From Malassezia furfur (lineage: Eukaryota): a stretch of DNA of 20,000 nt. The notes beneath the pieces were generated by a model. It was not told the DNA's origin, did not search any database, and was given only the letters and a program-made list of their open reading frames with translations. Made by a program: the position numbers and the translations under genes. The stretch lies in NCBI GenBank assembly GCA_052055015.1, contig JBQJIT010000006.1; one strand, 5' to 3'. Positions 1-9,660 of this stretch are shown here, in pieces (within the stretch, counting starts at the first letter, position 1; every line of letters begins with the position of its first letter).

Positions 1-185
1 GCGCGGGGGAGTCTGGCAATTATATGCTCAATGGGGAAGCGTCCTGTACGCCGCGTGCGCTGGCCTTCCACGTCGCCACACGCGCAGCCTGCAGCCACAA
101 CACGTAATCTTCCAGCTTCCACGGTGTTCTCCTGTTGTGATGACAGAGGATGAGGTAAGCAACACCACCGCGCACGATCCACCCC

Positions 186-985
186 ATGGCATCGCGGCTG
201 CTGGACCAGTCGCTCGCGGACGTGCGCCGCGAACGGAGAGCCTCGGGCGGTAGCGCTCGCGCCGCGCCATACGAGGTATGCGTTGATGTGATCGACTGAC
301 CATACAGCGTCTACAGCGTGCTTCCGATGACACGTGGAAGCACGACAAGTTTACAGAGCGACGCGGCGCGCCGCGTCACGGCCCTCCGTCGGCGTCGCAC
401 GCAGACCAGGTCGCAACGAAGGTGGCCATCGATGGGCTGCACTACGAGGTGTCCGAGCAGGAGCTGAGGGTACGTACACACTTATTGTGTAGCTGACGCC
501 AGGACCTGTTCAGCCAGGTGGGGCCCGTCGCCAAGGGACCCTCGATCAAGGTACGCACCGTGCCTCTTACACCAGTTCGACGCATCGGGGAGATCAACTG
601 GATCCGCCATGGTGTGGTACCACTCTGAGGAGGATGCCCAAGCCGCCGTGGACGAGTTCGATGGTGCCAAAGCCAAGGGCGAAACGATCCAAGTCAAGGT
701 GCTTGGAACGACGCGTCTAAACCCTGGTCCGTCCAAAAAGGGTACAGCAGGCCGCACCCCGTCCCTCGCAGACCGTCTTGCTGGGACTGCGCCGCAACCC
801 AAACACAAAGTGCCCACGTCGAAACCGCGGGGCGCGCGCCGCGAGCGGAACGCACGCCGTGCGCCGGCGTCGGCAGCGGATTTGGATGCAGAGCTGGACG
901 CGTTTATGAATGCGCCGGCTGCACAGCCGGACCAAGGGGTATGTCCTGCATTGCTGATCAACAGGAAGTGGCTATGGAAGAGTAA
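186..985 (+). CDS. ALYREF: mRNA export adaptor, ALYREF/Yra1/THO4 family RRM protein (~227 aa; exons 186-275, 308-469, 503-550, 576-938, 965-985)
   Basis: The spliced translation has an N-terminal UAP56-binding-like box (LLDQSLAD), a WxHD motif (DTWKHDKF), an RRM (KVAIDGLHYEVSEQELRDLFSQVGPV...FDASGRSTGSAMVWY) and a C-terminal box (ADLDAELDAFM). Four GT-AG introns (32, 33, 25, 26 nt) each keep or restore frame. Confidence 0.9.
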
Positions 986-3425
986 TTAGGCCCCCTCCAG
1001 CTCCATTAGCGCCTCGCGGTCGCGCCGTTTCTTTACCAGCCCGTACTCGCGCGAAACCTGTGTTGTATTCATCCATCCCTCGGGAACAAAGTCGGCGATC
1101 TGGCATGAGCATAGCGAGTACGTACGCGTTTGTACAGTGCCTTGCGCGCATTAATCTCGCTGTAGGTCTCGGGTGAATTCTCGAGCTTCAGTTTCTCGTT
1201 CCGGATCTCGCTCATCGCATTCTCGACGGTGACGATGGTAAAGAGCTCGTCGCGCATCTCGTCGGTCCATCGGAACCGCTTCGCATGGTCTGTGGTAAGT
1301 GATGACACCTACCGTCGTTCGCGCCTGTCCCGTCCTCCTTCTCGGTGAGATCGACTTCGCGGTCGTCGTCGTCTTTTTCGTCGTCGTCGTCCTTTTCGTC
1401 GTCATCGGAGCCAGAAACCGACGCATTCGACGCATTCGTAGTGTTCTCAAACGAGGTCTCCGACTTGTTCTCCTCGGGTGCTTTCTGTCGGCCCTTTTCT
1501 GAAGCCGCATACTCGGCGGCCTGCTGGGGGAACGAGTCCTGGATGAGCTTGTACAGGACATCGAGCTGCTCCTCCTGCAGTTCGCGGTAGTATTCCATGT
1601 GTTTGTGGAAGAACTCGCGCTTGGTCAATTTCTAGGGTCAGCATCACACGGAAAACAGGCGTACCATCATAGTGAACCGATTGTACGGGAAAATGGACGG
1701 CAAGTAGTTGAAAAAATTGTCGTTGTACTCATCCAGCTCGACAGCCAGCTTCGCCGTATCGATCAGCGGAGGTTTGAGCTCGGGAGGGAACTTGGTCTTA
1801 ACCGCAAAGCTTGCCCGCTGAACCAGGGTCTTGAGATGATCGAACATCGCTTGCAGCTGGGGATGGACGGGACGGGTAGGATACTTGTTCTTCTTCTTGT
1901 CCGCCTTGTCCGTAGACGAGCTGGGTACTGGTTGCGTCGGAGTCGCTTCCCGATGCTGGCTCGGCTCCTGGGGGGCGGGGGGGGCGACACTGGTTTCTTT
2001 GTCTGGCTCAGCCTGCGGCGTCGGTGTCGCTTGGTCAGACGGCGTTGGCCCCTCCTCGCTGGTCTTGGGTTTCGGTGCCGGCGGTGCGATACTTTGGCTC
2101 TTGCGCGACGCTGCACGCTTGGCCAAGAGCTTGTTGGTCTGGCGCGCATAGCCAGACCAGCCACCACCCATACCCGACCCGTTGATGCTCGAGCGGAACG
2201 CCGATGCAGACCGGGAAGCGAGTTGGTTCGACTTGGCACGGGCCAATTCAACAGGGCCCAAAGCCACATAGAACCCGTCGGAGCGCGTCTTGACAATGTG
2301 CGTGGGCTCGTCCAGACCTAGCTCAGAGTCGTCCACAAAGGGGTCCTTGGTATCGTATGAGCCCACGTCGTATTCGTCCACACGCCGCTTGCGTTGGGGG
2401 CCGCCACTGCTTTGCGGCGGGTATTTCTGCAAAAGCTTGGCAAGGTCGCCCAGATCCTCGAGCTCTTGCTGAGAGAGGCCCACGCTTTGATAACTTGAAT
2501 GCGACATTTCGGATTCCAAGTAGGTCGAGCGGTACCATGCAGCCCACTTGGGATATTTGGATTCCAGCCGTTCGACCGACAGCTTTGGAATGGACGCGAT
2601 ATAGTCGCTCTTGCTAAGACTGCCTGGATGAATGTCAACTTGGAGCCGGATGGTCGGCCGGGGGAGCGTCGTCGGCGTTGCATCGTCCTCGTCCTCGTCA
2701 GGACTGGGACTACGAGGTCGCTTGCGCGACACTGCATCCGGTTCCTTCTCGTGCTTCTCAGGCTCGTCTTCTTCCATCCTTTCAGGCGCACCACTGCCTT
2801 GTTTGGACTCGTCACTGCGCACTTCCGACGACCGCGTCGCGGCCGGCTGTGATGACGACACGGTGTCAGAGGCGGTGGATGATGTCTGCTCTGCGTTCGG
2901 TTTAACAGATGACGTCTCGGATTCCTTTGATGCCGAGCTCAGGGGAGTAGTTTGTAGTGCGACGCGACGTGGCTTGCCACGCTCATGTGAGGATTTCGGA
3001 CGCTCCTGGGTATTAGAACCGCGCACTGGTTCAACTTCGCCCGTTCTTGGCTTGGGTGAGCTAGCTTTCGATGCCTTTTCGCCTCCCGTTTCCCCTGTCT
3101 CGTGTTCTGCAGACGGAAGCGGCGTATCGATGGATGGAGTTGGCTCCGTATCCCTGAATGGCTCCTCTCTCACCCGTGTAGGCTCTGAAAGCATCGCAGG
3201 CTGCTCACCTGGCATACTTCCTTGTGGTTCCTCGGACTCGGGCCGGCTCGGTTCACTTCGGGGCGCCGGCAGACTGGCTGGAGCACGCGTCAGGTTGCTC
3301 TCAGTATGTGGCCCGTTGACCTGGGTAGGCGGGCTGTCATCAATGGGGAATAGACCTGCTGAAGGGTCAGAAGACCCTGTCCGTGGTATCGAAGGGTTCA
3401 TGTTTATGTCTTGTTCGGGATCCAT
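986..3425 (-). CDS. HPC2: HIR/HIRA histone chaperone complex subunit Hpc2/ubinuclein-like (~785 aa; exons 3425-1665, 1631-1313, 1289-1126, 1099-986)
   Basis: HUN/HRD-like motif EYDVGSYDTKDPFVDDSE...DGFYV, a ubinuclein middle-domain-like segment KFPPELKPPL...NFFNYLPSIFPYNRFTM, and C-terminal RFRWTDEMR...PEGWMNTTQVSREY after splicing. Three GT-AG introns (33, 23, 26 nt) join ORFs 1644..3425, 1212..1628 and 1069..1308 in frame. Confidence 0.85.
1362..1406. repeat. Coding tandem repeat, 18-bp unit x2.5, encoding the acidic tract DDDEKDDDDEKDDDD in Hpc2
   Basis: gtcgtcgtcgtctttttc / gtcgtcgtcgtccttttc / gtcgtcatc read directly. Confidence 0.8.
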
Positions 3426-3847
3426 GACAGCACGTCACTGCATGACCCAGGATGGGAGGAAACACGAAATTTAGGATTCGCGGTGCGCGATCGGCGTGGC
3501 ACTTCCGGACGTGTCACGCCTCCATCCAACACCGCGTTTGGCGCATCGATCGGGCATTTGAACTAATGGTATCGTTACGTTCCTCTACGTGAAATAGCGC
3601 TTTCACGCGCAATAAAATTGAAGCATAATGTGCATGACCAAAAAAGTGAGCCACGCCCTTCAGAGTGGTGTACTGGGTTCACTTCGGCCCTGTGCAACGT
3701 CTCTGTTTCGCTATTGCCAACGGGATATCACCCGATGACTCGTACTTTATTTATGGAAAAATCGCACGGTTTCGATAGTACCCTAGATAAAATAAATCTG
3801 TAGATTTCACAATCTCATCTTGAACCTACCTACCCAAACGCTTGGAC

Positions 3848-5381
3848 ATGAGCACGTTTACGCATGTGCTGATCGTCGGCGGAGGCGCCTACGGTGCCTC
3901 GACAGCCCTAGAGCTCGCGCGCTTGGGCCACAAGGTTACCGTGCTGGAGAAATCGGCGAACGGAAATGCGGCGGACAATGCCGCCTCGAACGACCTGAAC
4001 AAGATCATCCGTGCAGATTACGAGGTAGGTTTCTGAAACTCACAGCAAGGACCAGCACTACCGTGACCTGTGCAAGAAGGCCATTCACCATTGGCGCACT
4101 AACCCGATCTTGAGGGACTACTACCATGAAACCGGAGTATTCTTCCGGTCAGGTATGCATCTCAGCAAGGTCGCTCAGTGGGTCGAGGACAGCGTGAAGA
4201 ACGCCAATGCATCTGTGACGGACATGGGCGACAATGTCGACAAAGTCGATTTGCCGGCAGCTTTTGCTGTGATGGACAGCGAGCGTGCGGTAGGTGTTTT
4301 CCCATCCGAGCTGCAGCCGCACCTGGGACATGCCTACAAGGCGTTTGATGGCCAAGTAGGCTACTTTAACCCACAAGGTGGATGGGCAGAGGCCAACAAT
4401 GCCACTGTGTCGATGCTGAATGAAGCAAGACGTTTGGGTGCGGAGGTCGTGGGCAACGCGCGTGTCACTTCCTTGATCTATGCAGAGCCCAAGTACAACC
4501 AGACCAAACCCAAGGTCATGGGTGTCAAGACGGCTGATGGCCGCGCATTCTATGCTGACCGTGTTGTGCTGGCGGCGGGCTGCTGGACGTCGTCGCTGTT
4601 GAACCAGCTCAAGCTTTCCTTGCCGCGCCCAGTGTTGAAGGCTACGGCGCATTGTGTACTGACGCTCAAGTTGGATCCCGAGGTCGCCAAAAAGTTTAAA
4701 GGCACGCCCGTAACGTTCAACATGTACAGGTATGTTGCTGCGGACGTTAAGACTAATCGCAGCGGTTTCTACACGTTTGAGCCGAACGCAGATGGCATCC
4801 TCAAATGTGCCATCCACGGTGTACGTCTCCTTGCTAACCCTGCAGACCGGATCGCTCGACTTCGATCCTGCAAAGTTCCCTGGCACGGAATACGCCAATG
4901 TGGCGACGGAAAAGCAGTTGAACCAAATGATCGCCGAACTGCGCACGTTGTTCCCCATCCTCCAGCTTGAGGGCCCCAACAAGAATGCCAGCATTTTGTT
5001 TACGCGCATGTGCTGGTACAGTGACTCGGTGGATGAAAACTTCCTGATCGACTTTTATCCCGGTGTCGACGGTCTCTTGGTTGCCTCGGGCGACTCGGGC
5101 CACGGTTTCAAGGTATGTAACATGCTGACGCCTAGTTCCTGCCCGTTCTTGGTCGTCTGATCTCTGCGCGCCTGCTCCATTTGGAAAGCGGCACGGATGA
5201 GCTCGTGCCTGATTTTGGCCTGTCGTCTCACCAGCGTCGTGTGTTTTCATTTGCACACCACCTCGAAATGAACGACCCGGCGAACCCGAACCGGAAGTCG
5301 ACCGACTCCATTCGGGTCGGCGAGGAGGCCCCCAACCCCGAGTCGTATCTGGAATCTGATGCGGTCAAGGCAAAATTGTAA
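3848..5381 (+). CDS. Peroxisomal FAD-dependent amine oxidase of the sarcosine oxidase / L-pipecolate oxidase / fructosyl amino acid oxidase (DAO-like) family (~475 aa; exons 3848-4024, 4050-4729, 4763-4820, 4846-5112, 5136-5381)
   Basis: Rossmann motif VLIVGGGAYGASTALELAR, family motif AASNDLNKIIRADY, RMCWYSDS (Cys at the position used for covalent FAD in MSOX-type enzymes), SGDSGHGFK|FLP rebuilt across a 23-nt intron, and C-terminal AKL (canonical PTS1). Confidence 0.9.
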
Positions 5382-5417
5382 TTGAGCATCTCATATGCAT
5401 AGCTCATACGCCATCAC

Positions 5418-5729
5418 TCAGGTGTGTAGGTTCTCGAGACCATCCAATGCTTTGGAGACGTCTGTCCGCCGCCCACTCTTCTTTGCTTCACGCAACTGTC
5501 TGTAAGTCGGTTCACGTACTGGATTCGCCGGCAGCTGCTCGGCCTGCGCGAGCTGGGGTAGGAGGTCGTCGAGTTCCTCCCGCTGTTTGGCATCGCGGGC
5601 TTTGTTTGAAGAGAGACGCTGCCGCGCCTTGAGATGCGCACGCTTGAACTCCTTGGAAAACTTGGGCACAGGTGAGGTACTTGGCTTGGACGAGCGCGGC
5701 GAGGTCCTGCTGGCGCGCAATTTGGCCAT
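5418..5729 (-). CDS. Small basic hypothetical protein (103 aa), possibly nucleolar or ribosome-biogenesis related
   Basis: Single-exon ATG-to-TGA ORF filling the gap between two flanking genes. K/R-rich with a helical-looking core (KEFKRAHLKARQRLSSNKARDAKQREELDDLLPQL). Function not recognisable with confidence. Confidence 0.65.
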   Translation of the reverse strand: MAKLRASRTSPRSSKPSTSPVPKFSKEFKRAHLKARQRLSSNKARDAKQREELDDLLPQLAQAEQLPANPVREPTYRQLREAKKSGRRTDVSKALDGLENLHT

Positions 5730-5909
5730 CGTCGTTGCAATCGAGAGTTAAACAAAAATTTCCCCCAGGAGGCACCAATGTGGAGGATGAGTGGTATATC
5801 CAATAGATTCGGATCAAAGCGACTGCACTATGTGTTTTCTTCTAATATGACATGCTCCAAGGGTTCTTGGTCGTAATTCTGCAGCAGCCTGTGCGCAAGC
5901 AGGGTTTAC

Positions 5910-7558
5910 TTAGAGCTTGACGTTCTTGGGGAAGAAACGAAGCGCCTGCCTGAGACCAAGATCGGCAAGAATCTCCTCCGAACCGCCAAGGACGGCATCG
6001 AACTTGTAGGTGCGGTGGTACATTTCGACGGGCGCACCCATGCCCGTCCGGGTGAGACCACGGCCACCCATGATCTGAACCGCGCTGTCGGCAACCTGCT
6101 CACTAACGCGCGTCGACCACGCCTTGAGGAAGGCAATCTGGCCCGCAAGGAACTTGGCCTGCTGCTTGTAGGACATCTGGTTCATCTGGTGCGTGATGTG
6201 CTCCAGGTAGGCGTGGAGCGCCTCGACCTGCGCAATCAAGAAAGCAATCTTTTGGCGTACAACCGGCTGGGCACTCAGCGGACGGCCGAACACCTTGCGC
6301 TGGTTGATCCACTTGAGGAGCACCTCGATGATGCCACGGGCGCCGCGGGCGATACCGCACACCATGACCCAGCGCTCGTGGTTGAAGTTGGACAGGACGA
6401 TGGGAATGCCCATGCCGTCCTGGCCCACCAGGTAGCGCGCAGGCACCTTGATGTTGTTGAACATCACAAACGCAGTGCCGGCTGTCGTCGAGTAGGACGT
6501 GTGGAGCTGGCGCGTCTCGACGCCGAGCGAGCGGGGAATGACAATCACACCAAAGCCATCGTCGGTGCGGACAGCGGTCGTGAAGTAGTCCGCGAAGTGG
6601 CCGTTGGTGATCCACTTCTTCGTACCGTTGACGATGTAGTGCTGACCGTCTTCGGTCTTTTGGGCGTACGTCTTGAGACCCATGACGTCGGAGCCGGCAA
6701 AGGCCTCGGTCACGGCCAGCGCAATGAACTTGTCGCCGCGGAATACAGGCTCAACAATCTCCTCCTTGAGGTCGTCCGAGCCAAAGTTGAGAATGGGCGG
6801 CAGACCAATGACCATACCACCGTTGAGACCATCCATGAAGCCGCGCTGACCGCACCGCGAGAGCTCCTGCGTGATGATCATCTCGTGGAAGTAGTCAAAC
6901 TCCTCGGGCTTAATGTCAGCAAAGAGCTTGCGACCCTTGAGGTGCTTGCCAGGGCCAAGACGCATCGCGTTCAGGCCGTTCTCGCCCATGCGCTTGACGA
7001 GCTCCACGTCGGGGCGCTTGCCGTCCAGTTCACACCGTTGCGCAACAGGGCTGACGTAGGTATCGGTGAACTTGCGCATCTCGCGCTGGAAACGGCGGTG
7101 CGACTCGTTGTAGTACGGGGAAGCAAACGGTTCCACCAGCCAAGAGGGCTCGGCGTACGGAACCTTGGACAGTTCGCCGGGTTGCGGGTAGTGAACCTCC
7201 GACTCCTCGCCTTCGACTTGACCAATGATCATCTTTTCGTAACGCTGGAGGATGGCGATGGTGTGGAGACCACTGATGGTTAGCACGCAATTCGCTGCGA
7301 CAAAACGTACAAGAACGTCTCGGTCGCATCCTGACCAGCAATCTCCTCCGAGAGAAGAACGGCCTCACCACCAGGATGGGCCTCCACGAAGTCCGACAGG
7401 TCGTAGACATAGCTGTCGATGATAATCCAGAGATCATCGGCCTTGTTATGCTGTGAGAGTTAGCTTTGCTCCTCGCGCACGTCAATATAAGTACGCACCT
7501 TGGCAACCTCGTCGCGCGAGAAACGCTTCAGTTCCTTCTTCGACTCCTGAGCAGACAT
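5910..7558 (-). CDS. Acyl-CoA dehydrogenase with N-terminal cytochrome b5-like heme-binding domain (~520 aa; exons 7558-7499, 7450-7311, 7272-5910)
   Basis: The spliced N-terminus MSAQESKKELKRFSRDEVAK|HNKADDLWIIIDSYVYDLSDFVEAHPGGEAVLLSEEIAGQDATETFF|GLH is a cytochrome b5 fold with HPGG and a second His. ACAD motifs are ALAVTEAFAGSD, VNGTKKWITNG, RKVFGRPL, QIMGGRG and GGSEEI. The protein ends in VKL. Introns are 48 and 38 nt. Confidence 0.92.
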
Positions 7559-7853
7559 CGTGTGTATGATTCGACTTTCAAATGAAAACGAATAGGTGAC
7601 CACCTAAGAGCACTTCTAGTGGCGTGAGGGAAGTGGGGTAATGCGCCGCTGACCGGCCTCAAAATGCCATTGCAGCTGCGCTCGTTGGCCAGGACGTCGG
7701 CCGAAATCGAACTTAGCACAGTTGCGCACAACGTCCGGCAAGTAAACTCGCCGCTCAGCCGGCGTGGAGCCCCACGTGAGTCAGGTGGAGGGAGTGCCTT
7801 GCGTCGCTCGCGTGGAGAGAAAAGTCACGCACGCGATCCAACACAGCGCGCGC

Positions 7854-8627
7854 ATGGGACTGCTCACCGTGATCCAAAAGAACAAATGTATGCTTCTTTT
7901 GCTTGTTTTAATGATGCTGACACCCGAGAAAGACAAGGACAGGGAGATTCGTGTTCTCTTTCTGGGCCTAGACAATGCAGGAAAGACCACCACACTCAAA
8001 CACCTCATGAATGAACGCGTCGATACAGTCAGCCCCACGTTTGGTTTTGCGATTAAGACATTTACACGTCAAGGGTACGTAAACCAATATGGTATGACTG
8101 ACCTGGTACAGGTATACGCTCAACGTCTGTAAGTCTCGGTACACCGGCAAAGTAAATCGACAGGAATTAACACGTCAGGGGATGTTGGAGGGCAAAGGTC
8201 TCTGCGGCCATACTGGCGCAACTATTTTGAAAAAACCGATGCTATTGTGTGGGTCGTAGACAGCAGCGACCCGCTTCGGATGGAAGACTGCCGACAGGAG
8301 TTATGGTCACTTCTTGGTGAAGAGGTGAGGATCATCGCAATAACTGATGTCAGAGACTTGCTGGAGCAAGTATTCTGATTTTTGCAAACAAGCAAGATAT
8401 ACCCGGTGCGCTCACGCCTGAGCAGATAAAAAAAGTATTGGCCATCTATTTGCTGACCGCCACAGCTTCTACGTCTGGACGAGATTCGGACACATTCTTG
8501 GAGAATTCAGGCATCTAGTGCTTACACTGGTGAGAATTTGGACAAGGGCTTGGACTGGCTCTTGCAGGACATTGCCTCGCGGTTATACTATTATGGAACA
8601 ACGCCTGAGACTGGCTCAAGCGCGTAA
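7854..8627 (+). CDS. ARL2: ADP-ribosylation factor-like GTPase Arl2/Cin4/Alp41 (~193 aa; exons 7854-7887, 7933-8074, 8112-8128, 8179-8324, 8354-8434, 8466-8627)
   Basis: Spliced sequence [31 protein letters not shown]...SPTFGF...[27 protein letters not shown]...[17 protein letters not shown]...SAYTGENL. All G-box motifs and Arl2 signatures are present. Five introns (45, 37, 50, 29, 31 nt). Confidence 0.95.
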
Positions 8628-8709
8628 TCTATGTGGAGGGTCCATAGCGCTGCTGAGATCAGCATCACCGCAACGTCACTCTTGGCTGCCGCGCGCGTCC
8701 TTGCATGCG

Positions 8710-9660
8710 ATGACGATTCGCGCAGTTCTTATATTCAATAACTATGGGAATCCAAGGGTCTCCAAGTTTTATTCACATCTTCCTGTCGATCGCCAGCAGG
8801 CCTTGATTCAGCTTATTTTCCAGCTGGTTAGTCGTCGGGACGACAAAACCGTATGCAACTTTCTCGATGCGCCTGAATTGACGCCACTTCTGCCCCCGAT
8901 GACGGCTGACGCATGGTCGAAGGCATCCTCTGCACCGCTAGCAAATGCGGGAATCTCAGATTCAATTACATCTGAAGACGACGCAGACCAAAACTATGAC
9001 CCTTGGGTCACTTATTCGAAGACGCAGCCCGCCCCGACGAAAAAGACGAATACGCGATGGCGTCCTGACGACGAGCTACGCGTAATCTACCGTCACTATG
9101 CAACGCTATACTTTGTTCTTGTTGTGGACCAAAGCGAGAGCGAACTAGGCATCCTCGACTTGATCCAGGTATGTACAGTACGGTGGGAACTGACACCTAG
9201 GTAATTGTGGAAGCGTTGGATCAATGTTTCGAGAATGTCTGTGAGCTTGACTTGATCTTTCACTTTGACCAAGTATGTTCTGACTTGGCTGACCCGTTCA
9301 GGTGCATGCAATTATTGACCAAGTAATTCAAGGAGGGCTTGTGCTGGATACCAACATTACCGAGATCGTCTCTGGAGGTACGTCGCCGCACGCATACTGA
9401 CAACCATAGCCCGTGCTGTTCTGCAAGCGCGCAAAGCATCAATGGGGTCCGGAATCGGTGCACTGGGCGCATTGGGTGCTGCTCAGAATGCTTCGGCCTA
9501 CTTGAACCCGCAGTCCATCATGCAACAACTGGGCAACGTGTCGCTCGGCAGCCTCGCGGAGCGAGGGACGAGTGCACTGGGAGCCTTGCAACAAGCGGGG
9601 AATAGTTACTGGAGCTCGCCGAGCGGAAACCTCCCCCGCAACCGGTCCACGTGGATGTGA
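8710..9660 (+). CDS. APS3: AP-3 adaptor complex sigma subunit (~285 aa; exons 8710-9168, 9201-9272, 9302-9377, 9410-9660)
   Basis: MTIRAVLIFNNYGNPRVSKFY...VCNFL...VIYRHYATLYFVLVVDQSESELGILDLIQ|VIVEALDQCFENVCELDLIFHFDQ|VHAIIDQVIQGGLVLDTN matches sigma-3 signatures. Three introns (32, 29, 32 nt). Confidence 0.93.

Noticed and set aside
28..348. 106-aa minus-strand ORF at the window start
   Set aside because: Non-ATG start, overlaps ALYREF exons 1-2 antisense, and has no recognisable features.
1599..3474. Long + strand ORFs (1599..2321, 2632..3474) opposite Hpc2
   Set aside because: Antisense shadows of a GC-rich, low-complexity coding region, with no independent protein features.
4149..5009. 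286-aa minus-strand ORF opposite the oxidase
   Set aside because: Antisense shadow. The + strand carries all the family motifs.
1069..5381. Apparent frameshifts suggesting pseudogenes or programmed frameshifting in Hpc2 and the oxidase
   Set aside because: Every break is bracketed by GT...branch...AG signals whose removal restores frame and conserved motifs.
6015..7283. 422-aa + strand ORF antisense to the acyl-CoA dehydrogenase
   Set aside because: Codon-register shadow of a GC3-rich gene. It ends where the ACAD main exon ends and has no recognisable motifs.
8518..8709. N-terminal extension of the APS3 ORF in the ORF track
   Set aside because: It overlaps the last ARL2 exon in another frame. 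Sigma-3 homology begins at ATG 8710.
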